DNA of 64,000 nucleotides from an uncultured Muribaculaceae bacterium (GCA_944320595.1 CALUIB010000017.1:296-64295); one strand, 5' to 3'; positions 35,979-45,356 are shown, counted from the stretch's first letter. Numbers and translations are program-made. The notes: generated by a model from the letters alone, not told the origin.

Positions 35979-36008
35979 TGTAGAGACGCGATTAATCGCG
36001 TCTCTACG
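35979..36008. repeat. REP-like palindrome TGTAGAGACGCGATTAATCGCGTCTCTAC
   Basis: Identical over 29 nt to 4622-4650. It lies between the DUF2723 stop (36026) and the deacetylase start (35961). Confidence 0.9.
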
Positions 36009-36025
36009 TGGAATGAATTATGATT

Positions 36026-39000
36026 TTATTTCTGTTGCCCGCGCTGGCGGAATTGCAACTGGCGGTCGAAGTTCACGCCGCGAGCCTCAAGTCCGGCAAT
36101 CATGTCCTGCGTCTGTTTCTCGCTTGCGATTATGCCATAGAGGTCGAGCAGTTCCATCAAGTAGTGCTGGTCAACGTATTGGTCGTTGTATGACAACCGG
36201 CGGTAATCATTCAAGTCGAGCGACTGGCAGAATATCACATACTGGGCATACAGGTCGATTTCCTCATTAAGAATGTCGAGAGCCTTTTGCGTATCGGCCT
36301 CGCTGTGGCACTCCTCGCCTATGATGGCGTAGGCTTGAGCTATGCGGTAGCCTATCTGTATGGAGTAGGGGCACGAGGCTTTGGGCAGTTTTTCGCCCAT
36401 CAAGTCAAGCACCTCACGAGCCTTGTCATATTTGCCCTCGTCGATGAGTGCTGCGGCCAGGTCGGTGATGGTTGACCGCGTTGTGGTCACCATGCGGCGT
36501 ACCGTCTCGTCGAGGTAAAGGTGTCCGTCCGGGTCGCTGTCAAGCCCGCCCCAGCGGAACTTGGTGGTAACGATGTCGAGCATCTTTTCGGTGTTGGCCG
36601 GAATCACGCCTCCGCGGGCATTGCCGCGTATGGGTGTGAGCTGGTAGGCCATGCCGGTGCATTGCATATAGGGTTGCAAGCCTAAGTAGTAGCTCTCGGG
36701 CACGGTCATTGCGAAGTAAACCGGGCGTTTCCACCCTTCGGTGATGCTTGAGTTGATTATGTCTAAGCTCATCACCTTGCTCGACGACATTGCCATTTCC
36801 TGAGCCGTGTAGCGGTCGGCAAGCATATTGCAGTCGATGTATTCCTCGATGGCTGCGGCGTGTTGCGGTTTTACTATGCCTGCATCCACCACGGCTTGAG
36901 AGTCAACCGGGATATACATCACGGGGTACTTGATTTCGGGTAATTTCCACTCGTTGCGTTTGCAGTCGGCCGAGTAGTATTGCTTTAGCGACACGCTCAC
37001 CGGCACCGGCATGGTATCGGGATATATGAAGTATCCGTATTGGCGTTCGTTGTAGGCGTAGGTGGTGCCGTCGGCCATCATGGGTAGCGGAGCCGACTCG
37101 TAGGCCGGGCGGCGCATCTGGTTGATATACCAGTCGGTGCTCAAGTAACTAAGGTTCACCACGCGCACGTCTGTGCGGAAGCCTTCCACCTCCTGGCAAT
37201 ACCACAGCGGGAATGTGTCGTTGTCGCCATTGGTGAAGATTATGCCGTTTTCATCGACGCTCGACAGGTAGTTCATGCCGAAGTCGCGGGCGGCATATCG
37301 GCCCGAGCGGTCGTGGTCGTCCCACGTCTGGCTCACCATTTGCAGCGGCACTACAAGTCCCACCACGCAAGCTACTGCGGCCACTGCCATGCTGCGGCGG
37401 CTCGTGAAGTCCACGGGTGCATCCTTTGGCTGTTTCTTGGCCTTGCTCAGAAGGTACATTATGGTTTTCCACAGTCCGGCTACGCCCATGCCTACCCAGA
37501 TGGCGAAGGCATAGAACGACCCGGCAAATGCGTAATCGCGTTCACGCGGTTGGTTGGGTGTCTGGTTGAGGTATATTACTATTGCTATGCCTGTCATGAA
37601 GAACAGGAAGAATATAACCCAAAATTGCTCTATGCCGCGGCGGTCGGTGAACGCCTGCCACAGCAAGCCGAAGATTCCCAGCAGCAGCGGCAGCATGAAG
37701 AATACATTGTGCCCCTTGTTGCCTGTGGTGAGGTCGGCCGGCAGCAGCGACTGGTCGCCCAGGCGCGGGTTGTCGATAAATGGTATGCCGCTCACCCAGT
37801 TGCCGTGTGTAATCTCGCCCTGGCCTTGTATGTCGTTTTGTCGGCCTACGAAGTTCCACATGAAGTACCTCCAATACATATAATTGAGCTGGTAGTCGAT
37901 GAAGAACTGCAGGTTTTCGAGCATCGTCGGCTTGGTGCGCGTTTCGGTCTTTATCGGGTTTCCGTTTCGGTCGATTTGCGTGGTTGCCGTCACTTGGCGG
38001 CCCTTCATGCCTATCCAGTCGCGGTATTGCGCGGCATGGGCCGAGCTGTAGATGCGCGGGAAGAGCATCTTCATTTCGGGCGCATATTCGTAGGTTTCGG
38101 AATATCCTATGGCCTTGTAGCGGTCGGGCTGGTCGGGAGAAGTTTTCACCTCCTTGGCATACAGAGTCTTGCCCTGGTGTGTAACGGGGCTCATGGTTCC
38201 GTTGGGCTGTTCCTGGTATATGATGGGGGCGTTAAGCGTCTGCCCGTAGAACAGCGGGCGGTCGCCGTATTGCTCGCGGTTAAGGTAGCTGCCAAGGGCA
38301 AACACGTTGTCGGGCGAGTTCTGGTCCATCGGGGTTTGTGCCGACGAGCGAATCAAGATTAGCGCGTATGACGAGTAGCCGATGAATATCACCAGTATGC
38401 TAAGCACGGTAATCGAGAATATGCGCACCGGTATGCGGCGGCACAGTTTCAGCAGGTAGTAGAGCAGCGCGGCCACAAGCACCACCGGCAGCAGCCAGCC
38501 GTCGCCTATGAACAGCATTCCCGAGAGGAACACGCTCAGGAAGAACGACCACTTGATGGCTGTGGCACTGCGCTGGCGGTATAGCTCATAGAGGCACCAC
38601 ACGAATACGGCCACTACCACTATGGCATATATGAGTACGCCGCTATTGAACGGCAGACCCAGCACGTTGACGCTGAACAGCTCGGCATACTGGGCCGTCT
38701 CGATAAAACCTGGCACCAAGCCGTAGAGTATGAGTACGATTATTCCAAACGAGGCAAGCAGCGCAAGCAGCGACCCCTTGACCGAGGTGTTCTTGAATTT
38801 CTTGTAATAGAATACCAGCACGATGGCCGGGATGCAGAGCAAGTTGAGCAGGTGCACTGCTATCGACACGCCTATGACGTAGGCTATGAGTATGAGGTAG
38901 CGGTCGCTGTGAGGCTCGTCGGCGCGGTTTTCCCACTTGAGTATGAGCCAAAAGACGAGTGCCGTGCAGAACGATGAAAAGGCATACACCTCGCCCTCGA

Positions 39001-39427
39001 CAGCCGAGAACCAAAATGTGTCGCTCCAAGTGTAAACAAGCGAACCGGCAATGCCGCTGCCGAAGATTAATAGCATTTGCACAAGCGTCATGCCAGTGGT
39101 ATCGTCCTTGACCACAAGCCGCCTCACAAGGTGGGTTATGGTCCAGAACAGCAGCAGTATGGTAGCCGCACTAAGCAGTGCCGACATGGAATTGACGCAC
39201 ATTGCCACCGTTGACGGGTCGCTGCTGAAGTTGATAGCAAAGCGTGCCGCCAGCATGAAAATGGGGTTGCCCGGCGGGTGTCCCACTTCGAGCTTGTAAC
39301 CTTGTGAAATAAATTCGCCGCAATCCCAAAAGCTTGCGGTAGGCTCGATGGTCATCAAGTAGGTGACTGCCGCCACGGCAAACATCAACCATCCGAGCGC
39401 ATTGTTAAGAATGTTGTATTTTTTCAT
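36026..39427 (-). CDS. DUF2723 domain-containing membrane protein (TMEM260-like putative glycosyltransferase) with a C-terminal TPR-like region
   Basis: 1133 aa. The N-terminal block TIEPTASFWDCGEFISQGYKLEVGHPPGNP is typical of DUF2723. Many TM helices. Confidence 0.85.
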   Translation of the reverse strand: MKKYNILNNALGWLMFAVAAVTYLMTIEPTASFWDCGEFISQGYKLEVGHPPGNPIFMLAARFAINFSSDPSTVAMCVNSMSALLSAATILLLFWTITHLVRRLVVKDDTTGMTLVQMLLIFGSGIAGSLVYTWSDTFWFSAVEGEVYAFSSFCTALVFWLILKWENRADEPHSDRYLILIAYVIGVSIAVHLLNLLCIPAIVLVFYYKKFKNTSVKGSLLALLASFGIIVLILYGLVPGFIETAQYAELFSVNVLGLPFNSGVLIYAIVVVAVFVWCLYELYRQRSATAIKWSFFLSVFLSGMLFIGDGWLLPVVLVAALLYYLLKLCRRIPVRIFSITVLSILVIFIGYSSYALILIRSSAQTPMDQNSPDNVFALGSYLNREQYGDRPLFYGQTLNAPIIYQEQPNGTMSPVTHQGKTLYAKEVKTSPDQPDRYKAIGYSETYEYAPEMKMLFPRIYSSAHAAQYRDWIGMKGRQVTATTQIDRNGNPIKTETRTKPTMLENLQFFIDYQLNYMYWRYFMWNFVGRQNDIQGQGEITHGNWVSGIPFIDNPRLGDQSLLPADLTTGNKGHNVFFMLPLLLGIFGLLWQAFTDRRGIEQFWVIFFLFFMTGIAIVIYLNQTPNQPRERDYAFAGSFYAFAIWVGMGVAGLWKTIMYLLSKAKKQPKDAPVDFTSRRSMAVAAVACVVGLVVPLQMVSQTWDDHDRSGRYAARDFGMNYLSSVDENGIIFTNGDNDTFPLWYCQEVEGFRTDVRVVNLSYLSTDWYINQMRRPAYESAPLPMMADGTTYAYNERQYGYFIYPDTMPVPVSVSLKQYYSADCKRNEWKLPEIKYPVMYIPVDSQAVVDAGIVKPQHAAAIEEYIDCNMLADRYTAQEMAMSSSKVMSLDIINSSITEGWKRPVYFAMTVPESYYLGLQPYMQCTGMAYQLTPIRGNARGGVIPANTEKMLDIVTTKFRWGGLDSDPDGHLYLDETVRRMVTTTRSTITDLAAALIDEGKYDKAREVLDLMGEKLPKASCPYSIQIGYRIAQAYAIIGEECHSEADTQKALDILNEEIDLYAQYVIFCQSLDLNDYRRLSYNDQYVDQHYLMELLDLYGIIASEKQTQDMIAGLEARGVNFDRQLQFRQRGQQK

Positions 39428-39458
39428 TCGCTAAGTGTGCGTATAAAATTTCAAAATG

Positions 39459-39466
39459 CAAATATA
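39459..39466 (-). promoter_or_regulatory. Putative -7 box (TATATTTG) for the DUF2723 gene
   Basis: Exact TAnnTTTG match, 31 nt upstream of ATG 39427. Confidence 0.5.
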
Positions 39467-39550
39467 GTGCTTAATGCTTGTACCATAAGCATGATTGCAA
39501 ATATTTTAGGCTTTTTTACCGCACCAAATGGAAATCGGACGCATTCTGGT

Positions 39551-40885
39551 TCATGGGTGTTTAGGTATCAAGCCCCTGCCCATGCACTTGGGGCACTTGC
39601 CTTCTCCGTAACAATAATTGCATACACTTGTGTAGCCGTAATTGCTTACTTTCCCTATTCCATGGCATACGGGGCATGTGCCTTTGCCGTCACATGCCGG
39701 ACACATCATGTCTCTCGGGCCGGATGACCCCTGGTTTCCATCTGAGGCCCCTCCCGATGACGGGTAAAAATCACTTATCGACCCACCGCGAATCACATGC
39801 CTTAACTGCATGGCCGCAACGGCACTGACTTCGCCTGTACCGTTGCAGAAACCGCAAGTTGTGCCGTAAGATTTGCCGTTACCGTTGCAAATGGGGCAAA
39901 CGGCCATGCCTTCCTCGGGCGAGGGTGCCTGTTCATCGTTATCGCTTTTTCCGTCATCCGTCGAGTGGCTTGGCTCTTGCCGTTTACCACGTCCACGCGA
40001 AGAACTGCCCGTATAAGACTTCTTCAGCGAAGAGGCAAATACCAACACTCCGTCGGTGTCGGCATCGCGGCAATTGCTCAAAACTATGTCCTCGTTGCTG
40101 CATGCATCGCTGCGCTGCAACTCTTCCACGGCTATTGATGTAATGTCGTAATACACCCACTCCGAGCCTTCATGCGCCTCGATGACAGGGTCGGAAATCC
40201 AATCGCTTATGCTTATGACAAAATTCTGCGTAGTACACACATGCACTCCCGCTGAATTGAAAAAGGTATAGCAATTGCCGTCATCGCCGTTGGTGGCCAC
40301 CATATATGCATATACGCCTTCCCCCGACAAGCTATCAGGCTCGTCACTATGCGACTTGCCCGAATCATATTCGGCATCGGCAAATCGCAATTGGTCGGCT
40401 TCTAACAATTGTGAATTTTGGCATAACACATAATAATCGCCATCGTCCTCAAGAATACAGGCATATTCCTCATGTGAATCAAACGAATCCCAATCTGTCA
40501 GGCACCCCTTATAACCGGTGAAACGGAAGGCTGTTATGGGATTGCCCCAATGGTTCAATACTCCCAACCGGTTATGCCGCTGAGCCAAAATATGGTTGCC
40601 GCCAATGTCGTGAACGCCTTCATACTGCACTGCCAACCTGCCCAGCGAACAGCCCCACAGCCAAAAGAATGCAGCCATGCACAACAGCAATTTGTTGGCA
40701 TGCCGCCACATGGCCACGGCATAAACTGCAAGCCCTAAGCCCAAGAACGTAAACAAGTAAACCGATATGTCATACCAAAGGTCAGACAAGACTTTTGTTG
40801 TCAGAAAAACGAATAGCGGATGCGTGGCAAACACTCCCACCAACGTAGCCACTACAATTATAACCAAATGTTTCAACCATTTCAT
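39551..40885 (-). CDS. Membrane-anchored protein with six C-terminal DnaJ-type CxxCxGxG zinc-finger motifs (no J domain)
   Basis: 444 aa with three N-terminal hydrophobic helices. The C-terminus carries CPICNGNG, CGFCNGTG, CPACDGKG, CPVCHGIG, CNYCYGEG and CPKCMGRG. I do not recognise the middle region. Confidence 0.7.
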   Translation of the reverse strand: MKWLKHLVIIVVATLVGVFATHPLFVFLTTKVLSDLWYDISVYLFTFLGLGLAVYAVAMWRHANKLLLCMAAFFWLWGCSLGRLAVQYEGVHDIGGNHILAQRHNRLGVLNHWGNPITAFRFTGYKGCLTDWDSFDSHEEYACILEDDGDYYVLCQNSQLLEADQLRFADAEYDSGKSHSDEPDSLSGEGVYAYMVATNGDDGNCYTFFNSAGVHVCTTQNFVISISDWISDPVIEAHEGSEWVYYDITSIAVEELQRSDACSNEDIVLSNCRDADTDGVLVFASSLKKSYTGSSSRGRGKRQEPSHSTDDGKSDNDEQAPSPEEGMAVCPICNGNGKSYGTTCGFCNGTGEVSAVAAMQLRHVIRGGSISDFYPSSGGASDGNQGSSGPRDMMCPACDGKGTCPVCHGIGKVSNYGYTSVCNYCYGEGKCPKCMGRGLIPKHP

Positions 40886-41075
40886 TGCTGTAATCTGTTA
40901 GATGTAATCATACTCAAAATCAACCCTTATGCAAGACTTGCTTTTCGGGGCGACACATTAAGCCTTCAGCACAGGATATATGTCAAACCTCTCAAATCTC
41001 ATTTTTCACAAATATACGAAAAGTCGGGCGGTAAACAAAAAACAAGCTTGCTTGATTTTTAGAACAGTCGGCAGG

Positions 41076-42848
41076 TTACATCATGAAACGCATGGCAACT
41101 GCGCCGCCATACTTTTTTCGCATACGGTAGCGCACCGTGTAAACACTGGCTGGTTCCACATTGAATATGGCGGCAATATCGCGCACTTCCATGCCGATGT
41201 AAAAGCAAATTGCGTATTTCAGGTCCATCTGCGTCATTTGCGGGCTTATTTCACTGAAGTCGACATCGAGCCGTGTGTCGTCGAGTTGCCGCAGCTGTGC
41301 GGTGTATTCCTCCTTTTGCTTGCCATCGATGGCCGATGAGGCCGATATTATCGACAGCATTTTCCCTATAACTGCGGCGAAAATTCCGTTGCGGCCTTTT
41401 GCCTGCCGCTGCTCCATTTCGGCACGTGTGCGGTCAAGTTCCTCTTGCCGCAACTCGGCCAGCAGTGCGGCCTCGTATAGCCGCTGTTCCACATTGCGCC
41501 GCCTCATTCGGGCTACTACCGCCACCAAGGCAATTATTGCAGCGAGCACTACGGCTACTATCCCCAGCAGCCATGCTATGCGCCGTGCCGCGCGGCTCTG
41601 TTCTTGCAGCGAAGCTATCGCGGCCTCTTTCTTTTCGACTTCGTATTTTACCTCCAACCGTTTTAGGGTTTCCGCTTTTTCGCCGTCGAACCGCTTTGCC
41701 ATCACCTCTTCGGCTTGCTTGCGGTATTCCAAGGCATTGCGGTAGCGGCCTGTGGCCTCGCACACGTCGGCATATAGCCTCCACAGGTGTTCCCATTCCA
41801 CCACAAGCGAGTTGCTTGCGGCATCCATGCCGAGCAGCTTGCGGGCCTTGTCGGCGCACTCCTCGGCACGTGCGTACAGCCCTTGCCGACACAGCATCTC
41901 GCCTTGCAGCAGGTAAACGCTTATATGCACCTCGCGGCTCACCGACTCCTCTTGTGGCACGGCTTTCAATGCCTTGTCGAGGTAGGTGGCCACGCTGTCA
42001 TACCGTTCTGCCACGTCGGGGGCGCGGAACAGCGACCGTGCATGGTTGTAGTAGTTCCATGACGGCACCACCCTGGCCCGTAGTTTTCCTGGATGCCCCT
42101 CGATGATGTCGATGGCTTTGTGGGAATATAGCAGCGTGGAATCGCTCAGGGACTTGTTGCCCGGGTCTTTGTCGTGCATCACGGCATATAGGGCCGTCTT
42201 TACTGAATACAGGTCGTAAAGGCAATTGGGGTCAACGCCGGGCTTGGCGCAAAGTTCCTGCATTTGGCCTATCACGTATTCAAGGCCCGCATAGTCGAGT
42301 ATCTGCAAGTATCCCACTGCGAGCTGGTAAAGGCAATTTGAGATTTCCATGTCGCAGCCGCCCATCTCCTCGTAGATGCTTATCGCCTTGAAAAACAATT
42401 CATGCCCGCGCTCGATGCTGCCATGCGATATTTGGGCATCGCCGGCATTGGCATATATGGCAGCCCTGACTTGTGGTTCGCCATCGGTGCCGTCGATTAA
42501 CGCCACAGCCGAGTCGATGGCGGCAATTTGCCGCTCGGGCTGTTCGAGCATGGAGTAAATCACGGCATGGTTGCGGTATAGCCAAGCCAGGTCGGCATCG
42601 GGGATTTCGTCTCTGTGGCTGAGTGCGAACGGAATTAAGTAACCGCTAAAAATGGCTTCGTATTGCTCGTAATCGATGTCGGCGCGTGTAATAAGGTAAA
42701 CATTGGCCGAGTCGAGTTCGGCAAGTGGGTCGCAACCGGCAAGGTATCGTTTCACGGTGTCGATTTTCGCCTCCAAACCCGTTGCCGCCCCGAGAGCGCG
42801 GATAGTCGCGCATATTGCCATTAAGGCCGTAACCAAAATATATCTCAT
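41076..42848 (-). CDS. TPR-like sensor / single TM / C-terminal HTH one-component regulator (DUF6377-like architecture)
   Basis: ORF 41076-42917 opens with GTG. ATG 42848 gives a signal-like MRYILVTALMAICATIRALG. It has a TM helix (IAWLLGIVAVVLAAIIALVAVVA), a coiled coil, and a terminal LKYAICFYIGMEVRDIAAIFNVEPASVYTVRYRMRKK (LuxR/sigma-70 region 4-like HTH). Confidence 0.7.
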   Translation of the reverse strand: MRYILVTALMAICATIRALGAATGLEAKIDTVKRYLAGCDPLAELDSANVYLITRADIDYEQYEAIFSGYLIPFALSHRDEIPDADLAWLYRNHAVIYSMLEQPERQIAAIDSAVALIDGTDGEPQVRAAIYANAGDAQISHGSIERGHELFFKAISIYEEMGGCDMEISNCLYQLAVGYLQILDYAGLEYVIGQMQELCAKPGVDPNCLYDLYSVKTALYAVMHDKDPGNKSLSDSTLLYSHKAIDIIEGHPGKLRARVVPSWNYYNHARSLFRAPDVAERYDSVATYLDKALKAVPQEESVSREVHISVYLLQGEMLCRQGLYARAEECADKARKLLGMDAASNSLVVEWEHLWRLYADVCEATGRYRNALEYRKQAEEVMAKRFDGEKAETLKRLEVKYEVEKKEAAIASLQEQSRAARRIAWLLGIVAVVLAAIIALVAVVARMRRRNVEQRLYEAALLAELRQEELDRTRAEMEQRQAKGRNGIFAAVIGKMLSIISASSAIDGKQKEEYTAQLRQLDDTRLDVDFSEISPQMTQMDLKYAICFYIGMEVRDIAAIFNVEPASVYTVRYRMRKKYGGAVAMRFMM

Positions 42849-42988
42849 CGTTTTTTGCCTAAAAATATCACTTAATTCACTGTTGCGTGTGTTATTTGCC
42901 AATTTAGTTTTCGCCACTTGCCGCCGCTATTTCGGCAAGGTGGCGTTTTTGTTGTGTCGTGCCGTTGATGCGCTTTATGCGCCAAGTA

Positions 42989-42996
42989 CAAAGATA
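42989..42996 (-). promoter_or_regulatory. Putative -7 box (TATCTTTG) for the TPR-HTH regulator gene
   Basis: Exact TAnnTTTG match, 71 nt upstream of GTG 42917 and 140 nt upstream of ATG 42848. Confidence 0.4.
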
Positions 42997-43064
42997 GTGG
43001 AATAATTCTGGCTTTGCGGCACTTGCAGCAGGTAATTTTTGTGCATGGTTTTGGATTATTTCCG

Positions 43065-43072
43065 TACCTTTG
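43065..43072 (+). promoter_or_regulatory. Putative -7 box (TACCTTTG) for the LOG-family gene
   Basis: Exact TAnnTTTG match, 8 nt before ATG 43081. This argues against the 43039 start. Confidence 0.45.
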
Positions 43073-43080
43073 CAGGTACT

Positions 43081-43665
43081 ATGGATAATATCAAGGAAAT
43101 ATGTGTGTTTGCAGCTTCGAGCAGCCGTGTGGATAAGCAGTATATCGATGCTGCCTACGGGCTGGGGCAGGAGATGGCCCGGGCTGGGATTGCGTGCGTC
43201 AACGGCGGTGGGCGCGAAGGACTGATGCGTGCCGTCAGCGACGGTGTGCTCGATGGCGGAGGACGGGCTGTGGGCGTAATACCGCGGTTCATGGTAGATA
43301 ACGGTTGGCAATACGACCGCTTGAGCGAGATAGTGGTCACGCCCGATATGCACACTCGCAAGCAGACGATGGCCGCGCGTGTAGATGCCGCTGTGGCAAT
43401 GCCTGGTGGTTGCGGCACGCTCGAAGAATTGCTTGAGATAATCACATGGAAACAGCTCGGGCTGTTTCACAAGCCAATATTGATATTCAACGTGGGCGGT
43501 TTTTTCGACCCGTTGCTTGAAATGCTTGAGCGGTGTGTGGCCGAGTTTTTCATGAAACCGTCGCATAGGCGGCTGTGGCACGTGGCGCAGTCGGCCGGTG
43601 AGGTGATGGAGATACTGTCGTCGATTGATGTTGAGGCCGACGACAAAGTGGAATCGAAATATTGA
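43081..43665 (+). CDS. LOG family protein (TIGR00730; cytokinin riboside 5'-monophosphate phosphoribohydrolase-like)
   Basis: ORF 43039-43665 with ATG 43081 (MDNIKEICVFAASS). GGGREGLM and PGGCGTLEEL motifs present. Confidence 0.9.
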   Translation: MDNIKEICVFAASSSRVDKQYIDAAYGLGQEMARAGIACVNGGGREGLMRAVSDGVLDGGGRAVGVIPRFMVDNGWQYDRLSEIVVTPDMHTRKQTMAARVDAAVAMPGGCGTLEELLEIITWKQLGLFHKPILIFNVGGFFDPLLEMLERCVAEFFMKPSHRRLWHVAQSAGEVMEILSSIDVEADDKVESKY

Positions 43666-43666
43666 T

Positions 43667-44503
43667 ATGGCCATGGCGGCAATGTATGCAGATACTATAG
43701 TGGATGGTAGCGGCGCATATTTCGACTCGCTGCCGGGGGATTGTGGATATGACACGGCATTCGCGAGCCGTGCATTTGCGCAAAGTGTGTCGGTGCCCGG
43801 GCCGGTGGCAGGGCAGGCCGTATGTCGGCCCGTGTCGCCGCTGCACGATACAGGCACCATAGCGTTGATATTAATGGTGTTTTTGCTTATTGCGCTGAAT
43901 TTCAAGAAGGGGCATAAGTATTTTATTCACTTGGGCAATTACCTGTTTTCGATGCGCCGCAGGCAAAACACATTTGACGACCACACGGTGAGCGAGACCA
44001 ACCTGATGCTTGCGCTCATAGCCAACACGTGCGCCATGGGAGGCATTATCCTGTACTTTGCCGTGGGGTATTTGCAGCCGTCGGCCATCGGCACCGGCAA
44101 GGTGGGGGGGCTTATATGGCCGCTTGCCTGCTATGTGTTCTTGTTCTATGCCGCCCAGTGGATTTTCTACCGTGTGATGTGTTACACCTTCCTTCCCGAC
44201 AAGTCGGGGGCAAGGCTGCTCGTGGAGGGATTTAGTGCCTCGCAAGCCGTGTTGGGGTTGCTGCTATGCCCGGTGGCATTTGCCATGCTGCTGTGGCCCG
44301 GGGCACTTGTCCCGATGCTGTGGATTACTGCGATTCTTTATATTTTATGCCGTATAGTGTTTATTTGCAAAGGTTTTAGAATTTTTTTCAACAATTTGGC
44401 ATCGTTGCTTTATTTTATTTTGTACCTTTGCAGCGTTGAAATTGTACCCGTCATTCTCTCTTTCACCGGGGCGATATTTTTATGTAGAGTTTTACAGTCA
44501 TAA
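43667..44503 (+). CDS. DUF4271 domain-containing membrane protein
   Basis: ORF 43625-44503 with ATG 43667 directly after the LOG stop. It is polytopic and sits upstream of the hemD-like gene, as DUF4271 does in Bacteroides. Confidence 0.75.
   Translation: MAMAAMYADTIVDGSGAYFDSLPGDCGYDTAFASRAFAQSVSVPGPVAGQAVCRPVSPLHDTGTIALILMVFLLIALNFKKGHKYFIHLGNYLFSMRRRQNTFDDHTVSETNLMLALIANTCAMGGIILYFAVGYLQPSAIGTGKVGGLIWPLACYVFLFYAAQWIFYRVMCYTFLPDKSGARLLVEGFSASQAVLGLLLCPVAFAMLLWPGALVPMLWITAILYILCRIVFICKGFRIFFNNLASLLYFILYLCSVEIVPVILSFTGAIFLCRVLQS
44423..44430 (+). promoter_or_regulatory. Putative internal -7 box (TACCTTTG) for the hemD-like gene, inside the DUF4271 3' end
   Basis: Exact TAnnTTTG match, 86 nt upstream of GTG 44517. 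Confidence 0.4.
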
Positions 44504-44516
44504 AAACACAGCTAAA

Positions 44517-45266
44517 GTGGATATAAAGAAAATTTTGATTTCGCAACCAAAACCGGAATCGGACAAATCCCCCTACTATGACATTGCACAAAAATATGGC
44601 GTGGAAGTGGTTTTCAGGCCGTTCATAAAGGTCGAGGGATTGACTTCAAAGGAGTTTAGGCAGTCGAAGATTTCAATTTCTGATTATACGGCAGTGATAT
44701 TTACGGCCAAGACCGCGATTGATCACTACTTCCGCCTGTGCGAGGAGATGCGCATCACCATCCCCGACACTATGAAGTATTTCTGCACCAGCGAGACCAT
44801 TGCCCACTACTTGCAAAAGTATATAGTTTATCGCAAGCGCAAGATATTCTATGGCGTGTCGGGCAAGCTCGATGACGAGAAACTGCTGAAAGACCTCACC
44901 AAGCACAACAAGGAGAAATTCCTGTTCCCGATATCGGACGTGCACCGCGACAACTTGAGCATTCTCGATGCCAACAAGATAGCCTACACCAAGGCCGTGA
45001 TGTACCGTACGGTTAGCAACGACTTTGGCAAGGACGAGCCTTTCGACTACGATATGCTCATATTCTTCAGCCCGGCCGGGATAAAGTCGCTGCTGAAGAA
45101 TTTCCCCGACTTCAAACAGGGCGACATAAAGATAGGTTGTTTCGGGGAAACCACTGCAAAGGCAGTGGAAGCCGACGGCTTGAGGCTCGACCTTAGTGCG
45201 CCATCTGCCGAGGCTCCGTCGATGACAGCAGCCCTCGACTTGTACCTGAAAAAAGTGCAAGGCTGA
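44517..45266 (+). CDS. hemD: Uroporphyrinogen-III synthase (HemD-like)
   Basis: ORF 44436-45266 opens with TTG. GTG 44517 gives (M)DIKKILISQPKPESDKSPYYDIAQKYGVEVVFRPFIKVEG, which matches the usual Bacteroides N-terminus. Confidence 0.8.
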   Translation: MDIKKILISQPKPESDKSPYYDIAQKYGVEVVFRPFIKVEGLTSKEFRQSKISISDYTAVIFTAKTAIDHYFRLCEEMRITIPDTMKYFCTSETIAHYLQKYIVYRKRKIFYGVSGKLDDEKLLKDLTKHNKEKFLFPISDVHRDNLSILDANKIAYTKAVMYRTVSNDFGKDEPFDYDMLIFFSPAGIKSLLKNFPDFKQGDIKIGCFGETTAKAVEADGLRLDLSAPSAEAPSMTAALDLYLKKVQG

Positions 45267-45305
45267 AAACAACAAAAAAACAAGGATTTTACTAACGTAC
45301 ACACA

Positions 45306-45349
45306 CGCAGGGCAGCTTTCGGGAAAGACAAAGCTGCCTGCGTTTTTTT
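45306..45349 (+). terminator. Rho-independent terminator after the hemD-like gene
   Basis: CGCAGGGCAGCTTT / AAAGCTGCCTGCG stem followed by TTTTTTT. Confidence 0.85.
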
Positions 45350-45356
45350 ATTCGGT

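Noticed and set aside
42904-43905. A 333-aa minus-strand ORF spanning the LOG and DUF4271 genes
   Set aside because: It is antisense to two well-supported plus-strand genes and crosses their intergenic promoter region.
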